NCBI GenBank assembly: GCA_046292385.1
Contig: JBKBRF010000008.1
Location: 1 to 64,000, forward strand
Direction of reading: 5' to 3'
Origin: Armatimonadota bacterium
GTDB lineage: Bacteria; Armatimonadota; SYMT01
DNA length: 64,000 bases
This document shows, piece after piece, positions 27,420 to 36,605 of the stretch. Every line of letters begins with the position of its first letter. The first letter of the stretch is position 1. Under the pieces are notes generated by a model. That model did not search any database. It was not told the DNA's origin and worked only from the letters and a program-made list of their open reading frames with translations. The position numbers and the translations under genes are program-made.

Positions 27420-28460
27420 TCAGAACGGGAGCAGGCGCCGGAATCCGTGGTAGAGCACCACCGGGTAGAGGGAGAGGTTCCGGCCGAGGGCGGCGGCGAC
27501 CGAGTACCGCGGCGGCGGCACCCGCTCGCCGCCTCGCACCTGCGCCAGACAGGAGGCGAGCGCCCGGAGGTGGGAGGGGCCGAACGGGCCGTCGTGGATG
27601 CGGTCGACGCGGTCCAGCGGCAGACCCGCCTCTCCGTGGAGGGCGCCGACCCACGCGCCGACGACCGCGCCGATGCTGTCGGTATCGCCGCCCGCGTTCA
27701 CCGTCTCCACCACGGCGTTCAGTGGATCGGCGCCGTGACGCAGCAGGCAGAAGAGCGCGAAGGAGACGGTGTGCACCACGTAGCCGCTCGTTCCGAGCCG
27801 GGCCGCCGCATCGGCCGTTGAGGTTTCCTGCCCAGCAGACTCGATCGCGGCGGCGAGTGCAGTGCGAAGCTCCGTCGCCGTCACGAGGGCCGGGTCATCC
27901 AGCAGCGCAGCACAGGCGGCCGTGAGGGCGGAACGATCGAAGCGCTCCGCGCGGGCGCAGAGGGCCGCCACCTCCGCGGTGAAGAGGGCACCGTCCACCG
28001 CCCGCGGGTCGGTGTGCGTCACCTCCGCCAGCAGCCGTCCGAAGCGGCGGCGCTCCTCCGGCCGGTCCCGGAAGTAGACGCCGACCACCGCCGCGCGCAT
28101 CGCCGCGCCGTTTCCGGCGGAGCGGACTCCGGTCCGCCGCATTCCCACCGCCGCCTTGAGGCAGGCGCGCACCGTGGCGAGCCCCACTCCCCAGGGGAGC
28201 CGCAGGAACCATCCCAGCAGGGCGCGGCGGAAGTCGCGGGCGCACGCCTCCGCGTCGCGCGGGTGACGGACCAGGCTCTGCGCCACCAGCGCGCTCTGCT
28301 CGGTGTCGTCCGAGACGAACCCGGTCGCGCCGAGGAGCCGGTAGCGGTCGAGGCGACCGAACCGCCGGGAGATGGCGTGGGCCGGCATCCCTTCGGCGGG
28401 CAGGCCGAGCGCGTCTCCCAGGGCGGTGCCGAGCAGCGTACCCGCCAGCCGATCATCCAT
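27420..28460 (-). CDS. ADP-ribosylglycohydrolase family protein
   Basis: GDALGLPAE, SDDTEQ, SAGNGAAMR, VTHTD, GGDTDSIGA; overlaps the pfk stop. Confidence 0.92.
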   Translation of the reverse strand: MDDRLAGTLLGTALGDALGLPAEGMPAHAISRRFGRLDRYRLLGATGFVSDDTEQSALVAQSLVRHPRDAEACARDFRRALLGWFLRLPWGVGLATVRACLKAAVGMRRTGVRSAGNGAAMRAAVVGVYFRDRPEERRRFGRLLAEVTHTDPRAVDGALFTAEVAALCARAERFDRSALTAACAALLDDPALVTATELRTALAAAIESAGQETSTADAAARLGTSGYVVHTVSFALFCLLRHGADPLNAVVETVNAGGDTDSIGAVVGAWVGALHGEAGLPLDRVDRIHDGPFGPSHLRALASCLAQVRGGERVPPPRYSVAAALGRNLSLYPVVLYHGFRRLLPF

Positions 28461-29559
28461 CGCCGAACGAAATGCCGAGGGCCCGCGCGGTGCGGACCAG
28501 GTCCCCATTCGGCGGCACCAACTTCAGCCGGTGGATCGCCTGCGAGATCGGCACGTCGAGCACGTCCGGCGGCTCGAACGAGACCATCCGGCCGAAGCGC
28601 CCCTCCACCACCAGCCGCACCGCATTCACGCCAAATCGCGTCGCCAGGAGCCGGTCGAACGTCGTCGGTCCGCCGCCGCGCTGGAGGTGCCCCAGCACCA
28701 CGCAGCGGGTCTCCTTGCCGGTGAGCGCCTGGATCTCCTCCGCCAGCCGGTGCCCGATGCCGCCGAGCCGGATCTCGCCCAGCTTTCCCTCGCCGGTGCC
28801 GCACGCCACCAGCTCTCCGGAGGGCCAGCGGGCACCCTCCGCCACCACCACGAGCGAGAAAGCGCGGCCGTTCGCCTCCCGCTGCCGGATCTTGCGGACG
28901 ATCCCCTCCAGGTTCCAATCGATCTCGGGGATCAGGATGACGTCGGCCCCGCCTGCCATGCCGGCGTGCACGGCGATCCAGCCGGCGTGGCGGCCCATCA
29001 CCTCCATCACCATCACCCGTTCGTGCGCGGCGGCGCTGGGGTGCAGGCGGTCGAGCGCCTCCGTGGCGAAGGCGACGGCGCTGTCGAAGCCGAAGGTCTG
29101 GACCGTCGCTTCCAGGTCGTTGTCGATCGTTTTCGGCACGCCGACCACCGGCACGCCGGACTCGAAGAGCTGCTGAGCGATGGTGAGGCTGCCGTCGCCG
29201 CCGATGCAGATCAGGCCGCGCAGGTTGAGCCGCTCGCACGTCTCTCGCGCCTGGGAAAGCATGGATGGATCGATCTGCACCACGTCGCCCTCTCCCACCT
29301 TGCCGACGAACCGCCCGCGGTTTACGGTGCCCAGGATCGTGCCGCCCAGGTGCAGGATCCCCTTGGTGCTCTCGTTATCGAGCACGCGGTAGCTGACCGG
29401 ATCGAGCAGCCCCTCGTACCCGCGCTCGAAACCCAGCACCTCCCAGCCGAGCTGAGTCGCCGACTTCACCACCCCACGGATCACCGCATTCAGTCCCGGC
29501 GCATCTCCCCCACCGGTCAAGACTCCCAACCGCATCGGCTCGCCTGCCTCACTCATCAC
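28453..29559 (-). CDS. pfkA: 6-phosphofructokinase
   Basis: TGGGDAPGLNA, GGTILGT, IGGDGS, PKTIDND, EVMGRHAG, LGHLQRGG. Confidence 0.93.
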   Translation of the reverse strand: MMSEAGEPMRLGVLTGGGDAPGLNAVIRGVVKSATQLGWEVLGFERGYEGLLDPVSYRVLDNESTKGILHLGGTILGTVNRGRFVGKVGEGDVVQIDPSMLSQARETCERLNLRGLICIGGDGSLTIAQQLFESGVPVVGVPKTIDNDLEATVQTFGFDSAVAFATEALDRLHPSAAAHERVMVMEVMGRHAGWIAVHAGMAGGADVILIPEIDWNLEGIVRKIRQREANGRAFSLVVVAEGARWPSGELVACGTGEGKLGEIRLGGIGHRLAEEIQALTGKETRCVVLGHLQRGGGPTTFDRLLATRFGVNAVRLVVEGRFGRMVSFEPPDVLDVPISQAIHRLKLVPPNGDLVRTARALGISFGDG

Positions 29560-29688
29560 TCTCTCCTCGCCCGGGCGCCGCCCGCTTCCCTCTCAGTCTG
29601 GCACAGCGCGCTGAAATCCTCCGGCGAGAAACGGCGCGTACCCGGCGGCCGCGTCCTCCGGACGCCCGAGCCTGGCCAACCGGAGCGC

Positions 29689-29738
29689 CCGAAGAAGCAC
29701 TTCGTTTGGTGGCTGCCGCGGTTTCAACCGCCCGGCAG
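29689..29738. repeat. REP-like family E (GCGGTTTCAACCGC hairpin)
   Basis: CCCGAAG..ACTTCGT..GTGG(C/T)TGCCGCGGTTTCAACCGCCCGG; second copy at 46773-46823. Confidence 0.6.
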
Positions 29739-29803
29739 CGGACTGGGGTTCGGATCACATGTTCTGCAGGAGAGCCGCACCCTCTGCCGTATGTTTAAAG
29801 TGT

Positions 29804-30586
29804 ATGGCGCTCACCCTGCCCGCTCCACCTCTTCGGGACCGCCCGGAAGCCCCCTGCTTTACCGGCCCCCCGATCTTTCTCTCCGGCTGTAACCGCGGCG
29901 GCACCACGATCATGGCCCGCCTCCTCAGCGCGCATCCGGAAGTCCGGAACGTCGGGCGCGGCCAGTTCTGCGAGGGGCAGTATATCTGGCGCCGCCGCTT
30001 CCGCGACTTCAGCCGCCACCGCTGGGCGATCCGTCCCTGGCTCTGGCACATGCGGAAGACGGAAGAGCACGCCACGCCGGAGCTGCTGGAGTTCTTCCGA
30101 AGGGAATTCCTGGCGGCGCTCGACGGCAAAGGCCGGATGATGGAAAAGACACCGGCCAATGCCGTGCGCATCCCGTTCATCGACCGCCTCTACCCGGACT
30201 GCCAGTTCGTCCACGTGATCCGGGATGGGCGCCACACCACCGCCTCCCTCATCGCGCGGCGGGTGCTGCCTCCCTACGCGCCGCACCAGTGGGTCGGCGC
30301 GCACCGCACCGCCCTGGCGGACCTCGCCCGCATCGCTCCCGAGCGCGTCACCCTGGTCCGCTACGAGCGGCTGATCCAGGAGCCGGAGCAGACGCTGGAA
30401 GAGATCTGCCGCCGAACCGGGCTCGACTGGTCCGAATCCAGCCGCCAGCAGATGCTCGCGGCGGCGGCGGGCTCGCTGGAGAACCCCGCCAGCCGCTGGG
30501 AGCGGTTCTGGCCCCTCCAGAAGCGCTACATCCTCTCCGTGATCGGGCCGCTGCAGGCGGAGCTGGGTTATCCCGTCGAAGAGTAA
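29804..30586 (+). CDS. sulfotransferase family protein
   Basis: 5'-PSB IFLSGCNRGGTT, EKTPAN, 3'-PB IRDGRHTTAS, VRYERL. Confidence 0.88.
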   Translation: MALTLPAPPLRDRPEAPCFTGPPIFLSGCNRGGTTIMARLLSAHPEVRNVGRGQFCEGQYIWRRRFRDFSRHRWAIRPWLWHMRKTEEHATPELLEFFRREFLAALDGKGRMMEKTPANAVRIPFIDRLYPDCQFVHVIRDGRHTTASLIARRVLPPYAPHQWVGAHRTALADLARIAPERVTLVRYERLIQEPEQTLEEICRRTGLDWSESSRQQMLAAAAGSLENPASRWERFWPLQKRYILSVIGPLQAELGYPVEE

Positions 30587-30603
30587 CGCAGCCGGTCCCG
30601 GCT

Positions 30604-30708
30604 GTTAGCAGGTTTCAAGTTAGCAGGTTACAGGTTCCGAGCCACTCCGGCGCCGCCAGCGTGCCGGGTTCGGTAACCTGTAATTTGCAAACCTGCAACT
30701 TGCAAACT
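30604..30708. repeat. heptamer-arm palindrome (CAGGTT / AACCTG units)
   Basis: GTTAGCAGGTTTCAAGTTAGCAGGTTACAGGTT ... AACCTGTAATTTGCAAACCTGCAACTTGCAAAC. Confidence 0.6.
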
Positions 30709-30744
30709 CGAGATGCCGCTCCCGCTCACCCACGGAGGACACGG

Positions 30745-31461
30745 ATGGAACGCGACCTGCCCCCGAGTCACACGCTCAACGACTTCCTGCTCGCTACCGC
30801 GGAGCGGGACCGCCCCGGCGACGTCTTCGAGCTCGAGAGCAAGCGGATGCTCGAGGTGAACGTGAACGGCCGGATCTGGTCGAAGCTCGGCGCGATGATC
30901 GCCTACCGCGGCGCGGTGCAGTTCAACCGGGAAGGCGCGATGGAGGGCGGCGTCGGTAAGATGCTCAAGCGCTTCGTCTCCGGCGAGGTGACGCCGCTGG
31001 TCAAGATCGAGGGCCGCGGCACGGTCTACCTCGCCGACGAAGGCAAGCACATCACGATCCTGCGGCTGCAGCCGGGCGAAGCGATCAGCGTGAACGGGAA
31101 CGACCTCCTCGCCTTCGAGGACACGATCAGCTACGACATCACCTTCCACAAGCGGGTCGCCGGCATGCTGGCCGGCGGTCTCTTCTCCCTCCGCCTCACC
31201 GGCCAGGGCCTCCTCGCGCTGATGTCGCACGGGGAGCCGCTCACCCTGCGGTGCACGCCGAACGACCCGATCACCACCGACCCGAACGCCACCATCGCCT
31301 GGTCCGGCAACCTGCAGCCGGAGCTGAAGACTGATATCTCCTTCCGCAGTCTGATCGGCCGGGGCGGCGGCGAGACGTTCCAGATGCACTTCCGCGGCGA
31401 CGGCTTCGTGGTGGTCCAGCCGTTCGAAGAAGTGCCGGTGGTGACGAGCTCGCAGGGATAG
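30745..31461 (+). CDS. AIM24 family protein
   Basis: GAMIAYRG, GTVYLAD, TDPNATIAWS, GETFQMHFRGDGFVVVQPFE; GGAGG RBS. Confidence 0.88.
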   Translation: MERDLPPSHTLNDFLLATAERDRPGDVFELESKRMLEVNVNGRIWSKLGAMIAYRGAVQFNREGAMEGGVGKMLKRFVSGEVTPLVKIEGRGTVYLADEGKHITILRLQPGEAISVNGNDLLAFEDTISYDITFHKRVAGMLAGGLFSLRLTGQGLLALMSHGEPLTLRCTPNDPITTDPNATIAWSGNLQPELKTDISFRSLIGRGGGETFQMHFRGDGFVVVQPFEEVPVVTSSQG

Positions 31462-31518
31462 GTGGTCTCACGCGAGCGGTGTGTGGAGGCAGTAGGAGAT
31501 TCCGGAGCGGTAGGCTGC

Positions 31519-31773
31519 CGTATTGCGTACCGTGTATTGCGTAGCGACCGGCTGCTAACTCGTGCCTGGACATCGTGCCGGGCGAACAGCTATTGGAAGG
31601 CGCTCCGCCCGGCAGCAGGTTTTGTGAAGCGGAGGAGGCACGCCGCTACGCAATACGCGATACGGAATACTCTAACGTCGTGCCGGGCGGCGCGCCTCTA
31701 AAGCCTCTCGCCCGGCACGACGCCTCGGAACTTGGTGGCAACCGATCGCTACGCAATACGCGATACGAAATAC
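31519..31773. repeat. palindromic repeat family A with tandemly duplicated right half
   Basis: One left arm, two GTGCCGGGCG...CGCCCGGCA hairpins and two CGCTACGCAATACGCGATACG right arms. Confidence 0.75.
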
Positions 31774-31840
31774 ACCCCGCAGGTCGCGACCGCCCCGCCC
31801 GCGAACGAAGCCCTGTCTCCGCTCCGGAAAGGACATTCCG

Positions 31841-33160
31841 ATGCCTCGCCGATCTTCGCCCCTCCGTCTGCTGCGCCTGACCGCGGGAGTCGCCGGCGCC
31901 ATGCTCCTCGCGGCCGCGGCAGGGGCGGAGGACTGGCCGCAGTGGCGCGGGCCCGGCCGCGACGGCGTGTGGCGGGAGACCGGCCTGATCGAGAAGTTCT
32001 CCGCTCCCCAGGTGCCGGTGAAGTGGCGGGTGCCGGTCTCGAACGGCTACAGCGGGCCGACCGTAGCGGCAGGCCGGGTCTACCTGACCGACCGCGTCAC
32101 CGAGCCGAAGCAGCAGGAGCGGGTCCACTGCTTCAACGCGGAGACGGGCGAGACGCTCTGGACGCACGTCTACGACGCGGCGTATGGCGGGGTCGGTTAC
32201 CCGGACGGCCCGCGCGCCGCGGTAACTGTCCACGACGGCCGCGCCTACGCGCTGGGGGCGGTCGGGCACTTCCACTGCCTCGACGCCGCCTCCGGAAAGC
32301 TGCTCTGGAGCCACGACCTGGACGCCCGCTACCAGATCCGGCTGCCGACCTGGGGCCTCACCGCGGCGCCGCTGATCGAGGGCGGCCTGGTGATCCTGCA
32401 GATCGGCGGCGAAGGAGACGCGTGCGTGGTCGCCTTCGACCGCAAGACCGGCCAGGAGCGCTGGAAGGCCCTGCCGGACCAGGCGTCCTACTCCGCCCCG
32501 ATCATCGTGGAGCAGGCCGGGAAGCGGGTCCTGGTGGTCTGGACCGGTGACCGGGTGGTCGGCCTCGATCCGCAGACCGGGACGCTCCTCTGGGCGCAGG
32601 ACTTCCCCTCGCGGGAGCAGGTGATCGCTATCGCTACCCCCGCGCTCAGCGGTGACCGCCTCTTCCTCACCAGCTTCTACCAGGGCTCGCTGATGCTCCG
32701 GCTCCCGAAGGACCGCCTGGCGGTGGAGAAGCTGTGGGAGCGCCGCGGTCGGAACGAGCTAAACACCGACGGCCTCCACTCGATCATCGCCACTCCCCTC
32801 TTCCAGGGCGACTACGTCTATGGAGTCGACTCCTACGGCGAGCTGCGCTGCCTCGACGCGCAGACCGGCGAGCGGCTCTGGGAAAGCCAGGAGGCGGTGC
32901 CGAAAGCGCGCTGGTCGACGATCCACTTCGTCCCGAACGGCGACCGGGTGTGGCTGTTCAACGAGCGCGGCCAACTCGTCATTGCGAAGCTGTCCCCGAA
33001 GGGCTACGAGGAGATCAGCCGCGCGCAGCTCATCCAGCCGACCCTCGGCCAGCTCCCCCAGCGGGGCGGCGTCACGTGGTCGCACCCCGCCTACGCGAAC
33101 AAGCACGTCTTCGCCCGCAACGATGCAGAGCTCGTCTGCGCCAGCCTCGCTGCGAGGTAG
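31841..33160 (+). CDS. PQQ-binding-like beta-propeller protein (BamB-like)
   Basis: Signal peptide, DWPQWRGPGRDG, repeated DxxTGxxLW blades, TWSHPAYA. Confidence 0.85.
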   Translation: MPRRSSPLRLLRLTAGVAGAMLLAAAAGAEDWPQWRGPGRDGVWRETGLIEKFSAPQVPVKWRVPVSNGYSGPTVAAGRVYLTDRVTEPKQQERVHCFNAETGETLWTHVYDAAYGGVGYPDGPRAAVTVHDGRAYALGAVGHFHCLDAASGKLLWSHDLDARYQIRLPTWGLTAAPLIEGGLVILQIGGEGDACVVAFDRKTGQERWKALPDQASYSAPIIVEQAGKRVLVVWTGDRVVGLDPQTGTLLWAQDFPSREQVIAIATPALSGDRLFLTSFYQGSLMLRLPKDRLAVEKLWERRGRNELNTDGLHSIIATPLFQGDYVYGVDSYGELRCLDAQTGERLWESQEAVPKARWSTIHFVPNGDRVWLFNERGQLVIAKLSPKGYEEISRAQLIQPTLGQLPQRGGVTWSHPAYANKHVFARNDAELVCASLAAR

Positions 33161-33413
33161 GCAGGAAGCCGAACCGTTCAGGGGATCAGGGGATGGGATT
33201 GGGGCTGAGGGGATTTACTCCCAGCCTCGGTCTCCTCCGGCAGTACGGCGTCCGGACGACCCTCTTGCTCAGCGTGCGAGGGCGTTTTCCGGCGTCCGGA
33301 GGACGCTTGGCCGCAGGCCGACGAGCGAGGTATTTCAATGCCTCGCGACCTCCGAGGGCGGTAGATCCATCCCGATGATCGGAACTGGCGTTCAACCTCC
33401 GCCACTTACGTCG

Positions 33414-35774
33414 TTATCGGTAGAGCAGGTACTTTTGCCGGGAGCGCCGGAACGACTCCACGTCATCTCGGTACGACGCGACGATCTGCGCCATGCTGTC
33501 GCCCCGCAGGATCGCCTCCGGGATGGCGCGGGAGCCGAACCAGCGGGCGGTCGGCTCGATCTTCGGCTTGCCGGGGAAGAGGCGCACCAGGGCGTCGAGG
33601 ATCTCGATGGCGGTGCGGGTGCCGTCGAACGCCTCGCGGTCGAGCAGGCGGATGTCGACCCCCTCGCACCGCTCGCCCTTGAACTCGCGGGTGGTCGGCG
33701 TGAAGGTGACCGGCACGAACCGCAGCCCCGGGATCCGGCGGCGGTTCAGCTCCAGGCTCAGCTTCTCGCCGTCGATCCAGGGGGCTCCCACCCGCTCGAA
33801 CGGGGTGTCGGTGCCGCGGCCGACGGAGAGGTTCACCCCCTCGATCAGGCCGATGCCGGGGTAGAGCTCCGCCTGGAGCGTGTTCCGAATGTTCGGGCTC
33901 GGGTTGACCCACGGCTGGCCGGTCTCGTCGAACCACCGGTCCCGGCGCCAGTTCTCCAGCCGCACCACCTGCAAGTCGGCGTTGATCTTCCGCTCCGCGT
34001 TGAAGAGCTGCGCCAGCTCGCCGACCGTCATCCCGTGGCGGACCGGCAGCCGGTGGTGCGCGATGAAGCTCTCCAGCCCCGGCTGGAGGAGTGGGCCCTC
34101 CACCGCGAGGCCGTTCACCGGGTTCGGACGGTCGAGCACCACGAAGCGCAGGCCGTTCTCCGCCGCCGCCTGCATGCAGAGACCGAGGGTGGAGATGTAG
34201 GTGTAGTAGCGGACGCCGATGTCCTGGATGTCGAACACCAGCGTGTCGAGGCCGCGGAGCTGCTCCGGCGTCGGCTTGTACTTGCCCTGCCCGTAGAGGC
34301 TGTGGATCGGCAGCCCGGTCTTCTCATCCCGGGAGGAGGGCACTTCCTCGTCCAGGTCGGCGCGCAGGCCGTGCTCCGGGGAGAAGAGCGCGGCGAGGCG
34401 CACGTTCGGGGCGGAGTGGAGCAGGTCGATGGTGCTCACCCGGTCCCGGTTGATGCCGGTGCGGTTGGTGATGAGCCCCACGGTGCGCCCCTCCAGCAGC
34501 TTGAAGCCGTCCCGCTGGAGCACGTCGATTCCGGTCAGCACGGGGACCATCCGCGGCGTCACCTCCTTGCGCTCCGGCAGCTCCTGTGGCCGCACGATGC
34601 CCGCCGTCACGTTCGCCGCGCGCGCCCAGAGCGGCAGCACGTTGCCGCCGTCGCCGGGATGCACCCGGTTGGCAAGACCGATTACGAACGACTCGCTGTA
34701 CGGGTCGACCCAAATGTAGGTGCCGGTGAACCCGGTGTGGCCGAAGCTGCCGACCGGGAGCAGGTCGCCGCGGACATGGGAGTACGGGGAGTCGATGTCC
34801 CAGCCCAGGCCGCGCATCGGCACCCGCTCCGGAGAGTGCGGGCTGGTCATCGTGCGAATAGTGGCCGGCGCCAGCGGGTAGCGGCGGCTCCCCCTGCCAT
34901 CCGAAGAGAGCAGCATCCGCGCGAAGCGGGCGAGGTCGTCGGCCGTGCTGAAGAGGCCGGCGTGGCCCGCTACGCCGCCCATCACCGCGGCGTTCGGATC
35001 GTGCACCGCACCGCGCCGGAACTCGCCCGCGTAGGCGGTGGTCGGCGCGGTCCGCGGCTTCAGGCTCTCGGAGAGGTGGTAGCCGGTCTCCTTCATGCCG
35101 AGCGGCTCGAAGATGTGCTTCCGCGCGTAGACGTCGAGCGGCTCCCCGCTCACGCGGCGGACCAGCTCCCCCAGGGTGATGAAGCCGAGGTCGCTGTAGA
35201 CGAAGCGGGTATCGGTGGGATAGCTCAGCGAGGCCGCCGCCAGCGCTTCCATCACCTTGGGGGTGTGGTCCTGCACCGCCGGCCCCTGCGGATCGCCGAA
35301 CCGCTTCAAGTAGTTGTCCCACGCCGCCAGGCCGGAGGTGTGGGTCAGGAGCTGGCGGATGGTGATCTTGTCCTTCCCGTTCGCGCCGAACTCCGGCCAG
35401 TAGGTCACCACCCGGTCGTTCAGCCGCAGCCTCCCCCGCTCCACCAGGTCCATCACGCAGGAGGTCGTCGCCACCACCTTCGTCAGCGAGGCGAGGTCGA
35501 ACACCGTGTCCGGCGTCATCGCCTCCACCGCCGGCTGGACGCTCCGGTTGCCGAACGCCTTGCGGTAGACCACCTTCCCCCGGTGACCCACCAGCAGCAC
35601 CACGCCCGGCGTCTCGCCGCTCTGCACCGTCGCCCGCGCCGCGGCATCCAGGTCGGCCCACGGGTCGTCCGCTCGCGCCCCGGAGACGGAGAGGGAGCAG
35701 AACAGCGCGAGAAGCGCCGCGAGGGCAAGGACGAGACGGTGACTCCGGCGGACCGGCGGACAGAGGCGGCTCAT
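33414..35774 (-). CDS. serine hydrolase (beta-lactamase fold) fused to exo-beta-N-acetylmuramidase NamZ (DUF1343)
   Basis: ASLTK, LLTHTSG, YSD, GHTGFTG, then GLITNRTG, FSPEHG, DIQDIGVRYYTY, LDRPNP, NPSPN, SVGRGT. Confidence 0.9.
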   Translation of the reverse strand: MSRLCPPVRRSHRLVLALAALLALFCSLSVSGARADDPWADLDAAARATVQSGETPGVVLLVGHRGKVVYRKAFGNRSVQPAVEAMTPDTVFDLASLTKVVATTSCVMDLVERGRLRLNDRVVTYWPEFGANGKDKITIRQLLTHTSGLAAWDNYLKRFGDPQGPAVQDHTPKVMEALAAASLSYPTDTRFVYSDLGFITLGELVRRVSGEPLDVYARKHIFEPLGMKETGYHLSESLKPRTAPTTAYAGEFRRGAVHDPNAAVMGGVAGHAGLFSTADDLARFARMLLSSDGRGSRRYPLAPATIRTMTSPHSPERVPMRGLGWDIDSPYSHVRGDLLPVGSFGHTGFTGTYIWVDPYSESFVIGLANRVHPGDGGNVLPLWARAANVTAGIVRPQELPERKEVTPRMVPVLTGIDVLQRDGFKLLEGRTVGLITNRTGINRDRVSTIDLLHSAPNVRLAALFSPEHGLRADLDEEVPSSRDEKTGLPIHSLYGQGKYKPTPEQLRGLDTLVFDIQDIGVRYYTYISTLGLCMQAAAENGLRFVVLDRPNPVNGLAVEGPLLQPGLESFIAHHRLPVRHGMTVGELAQLFNAERKINADLQVVRLENWRRDRWFDETGQPWVNPSPNIRNTLQAELYPGIGLIEGVNLSVGRGTDTPFERVGAPWIDGEKLSLELNRRRIPGLRFVPVTFTPTTREFKGERCEGVDIRLLDREAFDGTRTAIEILDALVRLFPGKPKIEPTARWFGSRAIPEAILRGDSMAQIVASYRDDVESFRRSRQKYLLYR

Positions 35775-35907
35775 GGGGAGGTGACCTTTCCCGGCGCCGG
35801 CGGAGGGTGCCCGGCGGCGGTTCAGCCTTAGTTACGAGTGCGGGGTCAGAGGGTCCTCCGAGCTCAAGGCGCTCGCCGCGTTGCGGTAACGACTTCTCAC
35901 CGGCGTT

Positions 35908-36492
35908 CCACCCCGTGCCCTCACGCGGCGGAGCGGCCCTCCCGCGTGGGTGGCCCACCCGCAGTCCTTTCACGCTCCGCCTTCGGCTCCGCTAGCGGAT
36001 TGCTCCGGGCGTGCGCTCCGGCAGCCTGCGCCCCGCGACCGAAGACAACGATTCCCGCATTGCGGTGGTTCACGGGCCGCCCCGCCGCGCTCAAGCAGCC
36101 ACCCCCGGGTGCCCGCAAGCGGGCACCCGGGGGTGGCCACAAGTGAACCCCTCCAGCCCTGCCGCCGGCAGCCCTTCCGGGCTCCCATGGATTTGCAGGA
36201 ACCTGACCGGTGGCGTCCGGATGTGCGGCCGCAGGCGGCACTGGAGGGCGGCATTTGTGACCACCCCTGGGAGCCAGGGGTGGTCGCTCGACGGCGGCCG
36301 ATTCAGCCCGTGAACCAGACTGCTGTAGCAGTAGAGCGCACTGGCGCGGGATGAGCGCAGCGGTACGCACTCCCGGAGAGGCCCGCTAACGGAGCGAAGC
36401 GGAGTGTGAAAGGGCCGCCGGAGGGCACTCGCCGCGGGAGGGCTGAAGCGGCCGACTAGGGCGTGGGGTCGGTCTCACGGGTTCAACGCTGC
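35908..36492 (+). repeat. element B, subfamily B' (alternative right arm)
   Basis: Shares left arm and both (A/G)CCACCCC..GGGGTGG hairpins with B; right arm CGACGGCGGCCGATTCAGCCCGTGAAC...GCTGAAGCGGCCGACTAGGGC shared with 60006-60607; ends approximate. Confidence 0.7.
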
Positions 36493-36605
36493 ATGACGCT
36501 GAGCCACAGCAGGCTCCGGAGCAACTCCAGCAATTCACGCGTCCTGAGCCGCCCCGGTGGTAAGACAGGAGAAAGGGCCTGCCAGGAGGCGGATCGGAGC
36601 GGCGG

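Noticed and set aside
33414..35774. Beta-lactamase-fold/NamZ fusion as a novelty or resistance gene
   Set aside because: I recognise this as a recurring peptidoglycan-recycling architecture; nothing indicates a true beta-lactamase.
32820..35831. Very long antisense or alternative-frame ORFs (e.g. 32820-35831, 48205-51126, 5' parts of 15389-18208 and 56823-59942, 23-1426)
   Set aside because: Shadow ORFs expected opposite real genes in high-GC DNA; the opposite strand carries clear family motifs.
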